The notes: generated from the letters alone by a model not told the origin. Positions 47,927 to 56,700 are shown, counted from the first letter of the stretch. The stretch is 60,148 nucleotides of DNA from an uncultured delta proteobacterium (GCA_903911225.1 CAIWCT010000155.1:1-60148); one strand, 5' to 3'. Numbers and translations: made by a program.

Positions 47927-48073
47927 CCCCTCATCCTGACCTTCTCCCCTTGAAAGGGGAGAAGGAACACTTTTATTTAAACCGTTCGTAAAAATAAAAC
48001 TTTCCTTGTCGCTTTTTTTGTCTTTCTCCCTCTCCGCCAGGATGGGGGAGAGGGTCGGGGTGAGGTGGCTTTA
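47927..48073. repeat. Two-hairpin repeat module, copy 1 (A1 47927-47977, B1 48018-48073)
   Basis: A1 is cccctcatcctgaccttctcccc-ttgaaa-ggggagaaggaacacttttatt. B1 is ttgtctttctccctctccgccaggatgggggagagggtcggggtgaggtggcttta. Both recur about 480-490 nt to the right. Confidence 0.8.
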
Positions 48074-48490
48074 TTTAATCGCATTATAAATCGCTTCAAA
48101 TACCGCCTCGGTTGCCTGCAGCACTTCATTGTTCCAGAATCGCACTACCGTCCAGCCCTTGCTGTTTAAAAATTTCGTGCGGACTGCGTCCTGATCAAAA
48201 TCTTCCGCATGCTGACCGCCATCGACTTCGATAATAAGCTTTTTCTCAACGCATGCAAAGTCGGCAATATAGTGTCCGATGCAGTGCTGGCGTCGAAACT
48301 TTAATCCGTTCATGTTGCGACTGCGCAGATGACGCCAGAGCAGCATCTCGGCATCGGTCATACGCTTGCGAAGCGCTCGTGCATTATTGACTGTCAAAGC
48401 CCCCTCATCCTGCCCTTCTCCCCCTGCCGGGGGCGAAGGAACTCTTTTATTCGCGCCGTACCTGAATTTAGCGTAATCCCAGTGCCACAC
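48071..48490 (-). CDS. DUF559 (Vsr-like endonuclease fold) protein
   Basis: ARALRKRMTDAEMLLWRHLRSR...FRRQHCIGHYIADFACVEKKLIIEVDGGQH...WTVVRFWNNEV. It starts with GTG at 48490. N-terminal codons PSPPAGGEGQDEG are encoded by repeat A2. Confidence 0.8.
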   Translation of the reverse strand: MWHWDYAKFRYGANKRVPSPPAGGEGQDEGALTVNNARALRKRMTDAEMLLWRHLRSRNMNGLKFRRQHCIGHYIADFACVEKKLIIEVDGGQHAEDFDQDAVRTKFLNSKGWTVVRFWNNEVLQATEAVFEAIYNAIK

Positions 48491-48567
48491 TGTTTATATA
48501 AAATATTGCCCTTGTCTTTCCCCCTCTCCGCCAGCATGGGGGAGAGGGCCGGGGTGAGGTGGCTTTA
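48401..48567. repeat. Two-hairpin repeat module, copy 2 (A2 48401-48451, B2 48512-48567)
   Basis: B2 differs from B1 at 3 of 56 positions. A2 matches A1 outside the hairpin loop. The A-B spacers (40 vs 60 nt) are unrelated. Confidence 0.8.
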
Positions 48568-48578
48568 AATATAAGCTC

Positions 48579-49295
48579 CTATTTCAGCATCCCCTTAATG
48601 ACAAGGCCTGCATAATCCGCAAACTGTTCGATAGCGCTTTTGAAATCACGGGTATTGTACACCGCAGGCGCTATGACCCCGAAGGGAAACATGGTGAGAA
48701 TATTGCCACGGGCATAGTCGATCATCCAGGTGCCCGGACCGTAGCGGAAAACTTTGCCGTTTCCCTTGGCAAGATAACCGGTCTGGCCAGGCACATAGGT
48801 CGTGTAGTCGAACTGGCCCGGCACACAAGTCAACATCTCGCCCTGCACCATAATGTCCCACACATCCGACTTATTGTACCGGCCGGAAAATCCCGTACCG
48901 CCAACAGGCGTGCCGAAAAACGCAACATACTCCCGCGGCGATGCCGCCACGATGGCGATCTGGCACACCACATTGCCAGCGGCATTAAAAGTCCAGTGAA
49001 GCGTGTCGATCATTTTTCCCGGATGCCGCTGCGCAAGCTCAGAGCGCATCAGCTCCCAGCGCTCTCCCAGAGGCAGGTCAGGCCGCAGTGCGGCAATCTC
49101 TTCAAGCTCAGCCACCGTGAAGACATAGCCGGTGGCATTGTCTTCTGCCGCGCTGCCGAAAAGCATGTGCATCTTTGTATACATCGCCGCCATGCTGCCG
49201 ACGCCTGATTCGGCAGAAGCAGACGCAGGAAGCCCCGCGCACTCGAGCATTATGAAAAACAATAATATTTTACGCATCATTTTAACAGCCCTCAT
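48579..49295 (-). CDS. ERG2 / sigma-1-receptor family homologue with an N-terminal signal/anchor
   Basis: Compared with human SIGMAR1 as I remember it, the following stretches align: HPG..., HWTFNAAGN (WVFVNAGG), SPREYVAFFGTPVGGTGFSGRY ([22 protein letters not shown]), SDVWDIMVQG (ISDTIISG), PGTWMIDYARG (PNTWMVEYGRG) and NTRDF (STQDF). The start is uncertain: 49295, 49280 or TTG 49301. Confidence 0.75.
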   Translation of the reverse strand: MRAVKMMRKILLFFIMLECAGLPASASAESGVGSMAAMYTKMHMLFGSAAEDNATGYVFTVAELEEIAALRPDLPLGERWELMRSELAQRHPGKMIDTLHWTFNAAGNVVCQIAIVAASPREYVAFFGTPVGGTGFSGRYNKSDVWDIMVQGEMLTCVPGQFDYTTYVPGQTGYLAKGNGKVFRYGPGTWMIDYARGNILTMFPFGVIAPAVYNTRDFKSAIEQFADYAGLVIKGMLK

Positions 49296-49396
49296 TCCCA
49301 AATCAACTCGTAGTCAGCTATAGGTCAAGTAAATCGGGATAGCCTCGAATAATAAAGCAGGGTTTAAAACTTTACTTTATTAAAGGAGGCCATCCC

Positions 49397-50311
49397 ATGA
49401 AAAAGCACGTTTACCGGTCAACAGAGATAACCAAGGTGAATATAGCCCAACTTGGAGAAAAAGTAAAAGGCAAGAAAGTCGTATTTGGGGTAGATATCGC
49501 CAAGCAGGATAATTTTGGGGCATTGCTGATAGGGGAGCAGAAGGAGCCGGTAATCACCATAAAGTGGCGGCATCCTGAGCGAAGCAGAGAGATGGTGCAG
49601 GTATTAAAAAGTTTAGGGGCGGCAAAAGTGGAGGTAGCCCTGGAGCCGAGCGGAACATATGGCGATCCGGTGCGCAACTTATTCTGGGATGAGGGGATAG
49701 AAGTGTACCGGGTAAGCGCAAAACGGAGCCACGATGCCGTAGAGGTGTATGACGGGGTACCGAGCTGGCATGACGCCAAGTCGGGGTCCGTGATCGGCAA
49801 GCTGCATGTGGACGGGGCAAGCAGTTTGTGGAAAATGGAGGGAGAGTATGAGCGAGATTTGGCAGCAGTGGTGAACACGATGGACATGGTGCAGCAGCAG
49901 TATCAGCAGAACGCAAATCGGCTGGAGGCCATTATGGCGCGGCACTGGCCGGAAGCCGAAGAGATACTGGATCGAGGGGGAGCAACATTTTTAGAATTGC
50001 TGGGGCTGTTTGGCAGTGCGCAGGAAGTTAGCAGGCAAGCCGGAGAAGCCCGGAAATTAATGCGGAAGGTCGGTCGAGGATTTTTAGAGCAGGAAAAGAT
50101 AGAGCAGCTCATCGGCAGTGCACAAAAAACGATAGGAATACCAATGACGGCGATTGAGGCCGAAGAAATAGGTTTTTTGGCACGACGAACGCGGCAGTTG
50201 CAGCAGGAGTTGCATGCGCACCAAACACTGATCTCGCCGGAAGGGAAGCATGGAAGAAGGCATCATAAGCATTATGCAAAAAGACAAATGTCGCTCATGT
50301 TTTTTAACTAA
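49397..50311 (+). mobile_element. IS110-family transposase gene, 3'-truncated (remnant/pseudogene)
   Basis: N-terminal DEDD-type features are VVFGVDIAKQ and VALEPSGTYG. The central helical linker is present. The ORF then ends in junk (GKHGRRHHKHYAKRQMSLMFFN) before any Transposase_20 (HhH) domain. I recognised no inverted or terminal repeats. Confidence 0.6.
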
Positions 50312-50451
50312 GATTGAAAGACTTTCTGCCTGCAGCCCCCATTTTTGCAGAAATGGTTAACCGAAAGGCACCCGGCACGGTTGTCGTTGAGATCGTCAAA
50401 CAGCTTGACCTGCAAAGTAGAAAAGCAGGCTATGCCGGTTGGGCTTCTGGT

Positions 50452-51711
50452 TTACGAATCAGAGGGTGTGCGGCAGGCATCGCGCATGGTATCCACGGCG
50501 ATAAAGAATTCGCGCATGGCCATGACCCAGTAGTAGCGGCCCCGGTCGGTAAGCTGGATTGTAGTGTCGGTTTCGCAGATAGCGCGGGCGAGACGCAGCA
50601 GCATGGTTTCAAAAAAAAGCTCGCGGGTATAGGGCCTGCCGAATGCTTTTTGAAATGCCGCTTTATCAAGCTCAAGGCCAAAGAGCTTCATGAGGAAGAA
50701 GTAGTAGCGGTTCTCGCGGGGGGTGAACTTTTTCACACGCGTGATGGGAAGCTCCCCCTTGTTTATTTTTGCGATATATTCCTCAAGCGAGAACGACGTA
50801 ATGTAAATGCAGTCGTTGAAGTAGCCAAACGATCCGCTGCCCGCACCGATATAGGTGTCATAGGAGATGATGTATTCGTCGATCATGGACTTTTTGCGCG
50901 AAAAGCACCAGGCTGTGGAGCCGGTGTAGTTTTTGCGCATGCGCTCAAGAATGGTGAAGTAGAAACGCTTCTCCTTGCGGAAATCGACAGCCCCGAGGGT
51001 TGAGCGCAGAGCCGCCTCCACAGACGGTGCTGTCATAAGCGGGTAGAAGGTGACCTGGTCGGGCAGGAGGCTGTCAAGAATATCAAGATCGGCACGAAGG
51101 CTTGCATCATCCTGCAGGGGCATATTAAAAATAAGATCCACATTGAGCGTATCAAAAATGCCCCTCGCGTCATGCAGCTTTTTTTGAATATCAGAGCCGC
51201 TGCCATATTTTTCAAACCTTCCGATGGCTTTGAGTATCCTGTCGTCAAAGCTCTGCACTCCTACGCTCAGGCGGTTGACGCCTGAGTCCTTTAAAGCCCG
51301 CAGATGCCTGTCGGTCAGATGATTGGGATTTGTCTCAACCGAAATTTCGCGTATGCTGAAATTGGTGCGGCAGTAGTCAAGCACGCGGGTAAGATCGGCA
51401 AGCGAGATCGTAGGCGTGCCGCCGCCGATATACATGCCCTTAAAGTCGTAGCCAAGATTTTTATACATGGCAAGCTCAAGTATGAGAGCGTCGAAATAGG
51501 GTTTGGCGCGGGCCTCGTCATAGCTGTAGCGGTGAAAAGAACAGTACGGGCAGAGCGTCTCGCAGAAAGGGATATGAACATACAGCAGATAGTCTTTAAT
51601 ATCTGTGGCCGGGCGGGGCGGCACGGGATGCTCCTCCACGCTGCCAAAGCGCAGCACAGAGCGCATGGCCTGGCGGTAGAAAATATTTAGAAAGGGCTCA
51701 ATCAGGTACAT
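50452..51711 (-). CDS. HemN-like (class C) radical SAM protein
   Basis: LYVHIPFCETLCPYCSFH carries the CxxxCxxC motif, followed by MYIGGGTPT. 419 aa. Its start overlaps the end of the upstream rSAM gene by 10 nt. Confidence 0.85.
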   Translation of the reverse strand: MYLIEPFLNIFYRQAMRSVLRFGSVEEHPVPPRPATDIKDYLLYVHIPFCETLCPYCSFHRYSYDEARAKPYFDALILELAMYKNLGYDFKGMYIGGGTPTISLADLTRVLDYCRTNFSIREISVETNPNHLTDRHLRALKDSGVNRLSVGVQSFDDRILKAIGRFEKYGSGSDIQKKLHDARGIFDTLNVDLIFNMPLQDDASLRADLDILDSLLPDQVTFYPLMTAPSVEAALRSTLGAVDFRKEKRFYFTILERMRKNYTGSTAWCFSRKKSMIDEYIISYDTYIGAGSGSFGYFNDCIYITSFSLEEYIAKINKGELPITRVKKFTPRENRYYFFLMKLFGLELDKAAFQKAFGRPYTRELFFETMLLRLARAICETDTTIQLTDRGRYYWVMAMREFFIAVDTMRDACRTPSDS

Positions 51712-53420
51712 GGTAAGCTTTCATACTTTGAATGTTTTGGCGCAGCCGGCGCGCATATTTTTAGAGACTGCGCTTTTTCAAAAAAAATATCAACGGCTTT
51801 CCGTGAGGTTTCATACGGGAACAGCTCGTAGCGGTAACTGTCTGTTTCATGCAGGCGTTTTATGCCGAAAAAAATTCTCTCCTCAAGAAGCTTTTTTGAA
51901 AGCGCCAGACCTGCTGCCTCTGTGGAAAGCGGGCGGGGAAACACTGCCTTGGTATCCGGAGAATCGGCTGTTAGATAATTCAGGTTGGAAAAAGCACAAT
52001 CAGAAAATCCTTTTTCAGCAAGCACGCCTTTTATAAAATTTATCCACCGGCACAGGCGCAGCAGTGTCACCAGGTCAAGCCGCGTACAGTGCTGCGTTTC
52101 TACAGGAAAGACGCTTGAGCGCAGCTGAGCATACTGCGAGACATCGCAAAGCCCCGCCTCCTTTACCGCCTCAAAGGTGCGGGTACCGGGGCTGGGGTAA
52201 AAGATGCTGGGCCCGAGCATTGAGGGACGCTCCATAAGATAGATAATGGAATCAACCATATCTTCAAGCCGGTGGTCGGGCATGCCCAGAATAATATAGG
52301 TTGTAACGGGCAGGCCCAGCCTTGCGGCCTCCTGCAGCGAGGCCTCGGCGCGTTTAGTGTCAGCCGGGCGATCCATGCGGCGGTTCAGTTCATGGCTGCT
52401 GCTGCCAAGTGAAAGATCAAGCCGCTCAAAGCCCGCACTTTTCATGGCCTGCAACAGCTCCGGGTCAAGAGAAATGAGCGACAGGCCGTTCATGGCAAAA
52501 AGCCGCAAGCTGCCCTCGCCGAAAGTTTTTAAAATGCCGTCAAGTATCTGAAGCGCCCGCTTGCGGTCAAAGGTAAAGTTATCGTCCTCGAAATCAAAGG
52601 CCGTTATGCCGAAGCGATCGTGGCAGTCTTTCATTTCCGCAATGACATGCTCTGCCGACCGGCACCGAAGCCTGCTTCCCATAACCTGATGCACCGAGCA
52701 GTATGAGCAGCGCTGCGGGCAGCCACGGCTGGTTAAGAGCATAGCGCAGGCTGCTTTACCCACGCCGTACCATGACGGGTCGAGAAGGTCGCGGGCAGGC
52801 AGAGGCAGGCTGTCCAGATTCTCAATAAAATCCCTGCGCGGATTGATGATTACCTCGCCGCCGTTTTTATATGCAATGCCTGCAAGGCTGCCGGGCTGGC
52901 GGCCCTCTGCCAGACAATCTATAAGCACGGGCAGCGTTTCTTCGCCCTCGCCGATAATGACGTAATCAATATACGGGCTTTTAAGCACCTCGACCGGAAG
53001 CGCGCTTGCATGGGCGCCGCCCACGATAACGGGAATAGCGGAATTTATACTTTTGACGATCCGCGCGGTCTTGAGCGTTTCTTCCACATAAGGCGTGAAC
53101 TGGCAGGATATACCTACGGCCTGCGGCGCTGCCGCTGCAACAGCCTGCCTCATCTCCTCCCATGAAATGCCGAAATGGCTGTAAGTGCCGTAGAGCCGAA
53201 ACGGGCTTATGTCGCCTGCTGTGTAAAAGCGGTGCATATACGAGAAGGCCGCAGGCAGGGGCAACTGCCGCTTTTTACCCGGCTGCTGGCAGTCGAGCAG
53301 CGCGATGTCGTGACCATGCTCGCGCAGCGCTGCGGCAAGGCAGGCTAGCCCCAAAGGCTGCGTGCGAATGGCGGTTTGGTAAAAATCCTCTACGGGAGGC
53401 TGAATGAGAAGAACGCGCAT
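51702..53420 (-). CDS. Cobalamin-binding-domain (class B) radical SAM protein
   Basis: The N-terminus MRVLLIQPPVEDFY...PLGLACLAAALREHGHDIALLDC is typical of a B12-binding domain. The rSAM motif is TSRGCPQRCSYCSV. 572 aa. Confidence 0.85.
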   Translation of the reverse strand: MRVLLIQPPVEDFYQTAIRTQPLGLACLAAALREHGHDIALLDCQQPGKKRQLPLPAAFSYMHRFYTAGDISPFRLYGTYSHFGISWEEMRQAVAAAAPQAVGISCQFTPYVEETLKTARIVKSINSAIPVIVGGAHASALPVEVLKSPYIDYVIIGEGEETLPVLIDCLAEGRQPGSLAGIAYKNGGEVIINPRRDFIENLDSLPLPARDLLDPSWYGVGKAACAMLLTSRGCPQRCSYCSVHQVMGSRLRCRSAEHVIAEMKDCHDRFGITAFDFEDDNFTFDRKRALQILDGILKTFGEGSLRLFAMNGLSLISLDPELLQAMKSAGFERLDLSLGSSSHELNRRMDRPADTKRAEASLQEAARLGLPVTTYIILGMPDHRLEDMVDSIIYLMERPSMLGPSIFYPSPGTRTFEAVKEAGLCDVSQYAQLRSSVFPVETQHCTRLDLVTLLRLCRWINFIKGVLAEKGFSDCAFSNLNYLTADSPDTKAVFPRPLSTEAAGLALSKKLLEERIFFGIKRLHETDSYRYELFPYETSRKAVDIFFEKAQSLKICAPAAPKHSKYESLPCT

Positions 53421-53426
53421 GGCAGT

Positions 53427-53705
53427 TCAGTAGCTGATGGAAAAGGTGGAAAATGTGCCGGTATAGGGCTCGCGGCTTACCTCGACATGGGTCACCACGG
53501 CATGCGGCGGCCCCGTATGACACCAGGCAACAGCACTCTCCACCTCTTCTTCGCTGCCTTCAAATACTGCCTCCACCCGGCCGTCGTACAGGTTGCGAAC
53601 CCAGCCCGTCACACCGCAGCGGCTTGCCGCCTCGCGCGTCTCTGAGCGAAAGAAAACGCCCTGCACATGCCCCTCAACAAATACATGCGCGCGAATATTT
53701 GACAT
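53427..53705 (-). CDS. acyP: Acylphosphatase
   Basis: MSNIRAHVFVEGHVQGVFFRSETREAASRCGVTGWVRNLYDGRVEAVFEG. AGGAGG lies upstream of the ATG at 53705. The stop is 6 nt before the class B rSAM start. Confidence 0.85.
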   Translation of the reverse strand: MSNIRAHVFVEGHVQGVFFRSETREAASRCGVTGWVRNLYDGRVEAVFEGSEEEVESAVAWCHTGPPHAVVTHVEVSREPYTGTFSTFSISY

Positions 53706-53890
53706 GATTGCCTCCTGTATTATCAATGTCTGCAAGTTAAAAATCTGAGTTGGATAAAGCGTTTCTCCGTAGCAGTTCGCGAACCGCCACAAACGACAGC
53801 AACCATCTCAGCCTGCTATTGAAAAACATTACCCCACAGGAAGAAGATTCCGACCCTTCCCTGCAATCCGCAATTGTCATATGACCGCGC

Positions 53891-55645
53891 TTATACTCCA
53901 TCGACGATCCTGCCGTTCCAGACGGGCCTGTATTTCCAGGCTCCGCCCTCTTCAAGATCAAGCAGAGCATCATAGCGATCGAGGCTGCCGCCGCGCTCTT
54001 CAAAGGTTACGCAGGAAATGGCGTGCTGCCTGAACAGGCCCAGCACCCAGTCAATCTGCGCCGGACTGAGGGTCGTGCCGGGCCTGTCAAGAAACACAAA
54101 GGCGGGCTTGGCCAAAAGAGCCCGGGCGATGACCAAAAACTTTTGCTCTGCCAGAGGCAGGTCGTTTTCCCAGTGATGCCGTTTATCAAGGCCATAGATG
54201 GTAATAAGCGATTCAAGCTTCAATTCGGTTAGTGACTGCAGTATGCTTTCGTCGGAAACCTGACATTCCCCCAGCTTGCGCTCATAGCGGTATTCGTCTT
54301 CGGGCCAGGGCCGCATAAGCAGTTCACGCAGCGTTCCGGGAGGCAAATAGGGCAGTTCCGACAGCATAAGTATATGCTCAAGCCAGGGACGCGTGATATG
54401 CCCGTGGCTCACGGCCCAAAGCCCCACGGTTGCATGGAACAGGGCTGTACGGGCGGTTTCATCAGGCCCTTGAACCAGAACATTTCTGCCGCGGGGAATT
54501 TCAAGATTCAAGTTCTCGATAACCATACGGTTGCTGCGGGGCGAATGGAGCGTCAGCCCGCTGTAGGCGATTAGCCCTTCGTTTTTTAAAAATACGGGGT
54601 TGCTCATATCCTCATCCTTTTCCTGCACGCTGCGCTCTACCAGCGAGACAAGCCTTGCGGCTACGGCGGTATAGGATGAAATTGACTGAAACTGCGTGAT
54701 GATGAGCGAAAAAGCCCCTATGAGCTGGCTGAATGCCATGGCAGACTGGGTAATGACGCCGAACTGCACCTTTCCCTCAATAAACAGGGGAGCTATAAGC
54801 AGGGCTGGAATAATCTGGATCATCCAGTTATAGCCGTTAGTAAAAAAATTAACGTTACGATTTATCTTAATTATGCGGCGGAAATTCGACAGCAGCTCAG
54901 CAAGCTTATTCAGGCTCAACTGTATAAGACCCCCCTCGCGACGCGAAAGCGCTACGAAGTCGGCGTTACCCCTCAGATAGGTAAGAGAGGCGCGGAAGTT
55001 GGCCTCTGTATCCAGCTGATCATAGTTCAGCCGCACCAGGGGCCGGCCCAGAATGAAGGTCAGCATAGTGCCCACGGCTGCATAAGCCACGGAAACGACG
55101 AACAACAGCGGACTGATGGACCATAAGACCCCTGAAAATGCGATCACGGCAAAGGTGCCGTTGAGCAGCATGAGCATGAAGGAGAGTGTGCCGGCGGTAT
55201 AGGTGCGGATGTCATCAGCAATGCGCTGATCAGGATTTTCCACCCCTTTTTTTTGCTTGAGGCGATAGTAGACCCGGTGACTGGCATAGCCGATTATGCA
55301 TCTTTTGGTAGACCATTCACGCCACAGCAACCCGAGAATTTCCTCTGTGTAGCGGAAGAATACGGAGACGATCGTGGTGACCGCGAAAACGCCGACGTAG
55401 AGCATCGCCTGCTTCATGAACTCGGACAGGTTGCGATTTTCTATAGAGGTTATGAAGTCGCGGCCCACATAGCTATTCACAACATTCAGGCCGTTCAGGC
55501 CGAACATAAAAGCAATCAGGCCTATAAACAGCCATATGGCCTTTGTGCCCTCCTGCTTGCTGATCGCGAAAAGCTTCAGGCTGCTGATGAAACGGCCCCA
55601 GCTCTGCCGGTCGAGTAAAAGCTGTTTTTCATTCATGCTGACCAT
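53891..55645 (-). CDS. ABCD/SbmA-BacA-like fused ABC half transporter with a degenerate (non-catalytic) NBD
   Basis: The TMD is paralogous to 7413-9134 (LLWREW...ENPDQRIADDIRTYT). Walker A is GPDETART (54446-54469). The signature is LPLAEQ. Walker B is FVFLDRPGTT. The H-loop position reads VTF. Confidence 0.8.
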   Translation of the reverse strand: MVSMNEKQLLLDRQSWGRFISSLKLFAISKQEGTKAIWLFIGLIAFMFGLNGLNVVNSYVGRDFITSIENRNLSEFMKQAMLYVGVFAVTTIVSVFFRYTEEILGLLWREWSTKRCIIGYASHRVYYRLKQKKGVENPDQRIADDIRTYTAGTLSFMLMLLNGTFAVIAFSGVLWSISPLLFVVSVAYAAVGTMLTFILGRPLVRLNYDQLDTEANFRASLTYLRGNADFVALSRREGGLIQLSLNKLAELLSNFRRIIKINRNVNFFTNGYNWMIQIIPALLIAPLFIEGKVQFGVITQSAMAFSQLIGAFSLIITQFQSISSYTAVAARLVSLVERSVQEKDEDMSNPVFLKNEGLIAYSGLTLHSPRSNRMVIENLNLEIPRGRNVLVQGPDETARTALFHATVGLWAVSHGHITRPWLEHILMLSELPYLPPGTLRELLMRPWPEDEYRYERKLGECQVSDESILQSLTELKLESLITIYGLDKRHHWENDLPLAEQKFLVIARALLAKPAFVFLDRPGTTLSPAQIDWVLGLFRQHAISCVTFEERGGSLDRYDALLDLEEGGAWKYRPVWNGRIVDGV

Positions 55646-55782
55646 CCGAAATAAAGGTTAGGCTGCGGTACGTAGTCAGGCCCGAACCAGCCGCCACTGT
55701 GTCAGCACATACGGCTGGAAACACCTCTATGCAGCAAGTGCGCTTATATATAGTCCGCCGAACCATAAGCGGATATGTGTCG

Positions 55783-56700
55783 TCAGCATTTTGGGCTATC
55801 AAGCCATGCCGCCACTGCCGCAACCTTGGCGCGCAGGTTTAAAATAAAAGGCTGACGCTTCTGAATATGCTCGGGCTGGGCATCGTACTCCTCTGCGGTG
55901 ATGCGCTCGATTACTTTCTCCTGATCGCCAACAAACATATCCAGATAATGTGCAATCATGTCTTTATAGGCTGTGGCCGCGGCTGAAGCTTCATCGAGAT
56001 AGCGCTGCACTTCTGCACCCGCCAGTATGCCGCTGTGGGGAATGCAAATTGCCCGGGGATTGAGGTTTTTTATTTTTTCAATCGAGGCGATATAGTCTTC
56101 ATAGCTCACCAGATACGGGCTGTGTATAAAGCCATGTTCAAGCCCGCCGGCCGCGTCGCCGATGAATGCAATGCCCGTGTCGGGGAAGTAAAAGGTGAGG
56201 CTGTCGCGCGTATGGCCGGGCGTTGCAAGCACCTGGCAGATACGGTCGGCGTCAAGCTCTATGCTGTCGCCGTTTGCGAGCCTAAAAGCAACATCAAGGG
56301 CTGCAAACGATACATCTTCGCCTGCAAGCTCGGCGGCCATGGTTTTTTCATACTCGGCATTCAGGCGGCAGATAAGCTCGACCGCGTTGGGCCTCTTGAG
56401 TATCTCGGCGCCCTTCTCGCTTGCGGCAAGCCTGGCCGACGGGATTTGACGCATGAGATAGGCCGCGGCGCCGCAGTGGTCGAAATGAGCATGCGACAGG
56501 GCCAAAATAAGCCTGTCCGTGCTGCGGGTACGGGACTGAAGCTCCCGCAGATACAGAGGACCGAAGGCGGAAACGCCGGGGTCAAACAGCATGGCAGGCT
56601 GGCTTGCGCAGATGGCCGCTGTTACATGGCCGCCGCCAAGGGATATGAAATCTTCAAACTCGCGGATAAAATCAAAGTGCAGTTTTTTCTGATCCATCAC
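55783..56700 (-). CDS. MBL-fold metallo-hydrolase
   Basis: LALSHAHFDHCGAAAYL carries the HxHxDH motif, followed by ATPGHTRDS. 305 aa. Confidence 0.8.
   Translation of the reverse strand: MMDQKKLHFDFIREFEDFISLGGGHVTAAICASQPAMLFDPGVSAFGPLYLRELQSRTRSTDRLILALSHAHFDHCGAAAYLMRQIPSARLAASEKGAEILKRPNAVELICRLNAEYEKTMAAELAGEDVSFAALDVAFRLANGDSIELDADRICQVLATPGHTRDSLTFYFPDTGIAFIGDAAGGLEHGFIHSPYLVSYEDYIASIEKIKNLNPRAICIPHSGILAGAEVQRYLDEASAAATAYKDMIAHYLDMFVGDQEKVIERITAEEYDAQPEHIQKRQPFILNLRAKVAAVAAWLDSPKC

Noticed and set aside
53737-53880. A 47-codon Cys-containing ORF (MTIADCREGSESSSCGVMFFNS...) just upstream of the acylphosphatase-rSAM-rSAM genes, considered as a possible RiPP precursor
   Set aside because: No SD lies at a usable distance (the nearest GGAG is about 15 nt away). 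Its start abuts the ABC gene stop. No leader/core logic, RRE or SPASM partner is visible. I kept it only as a note inside the rSAM finding.
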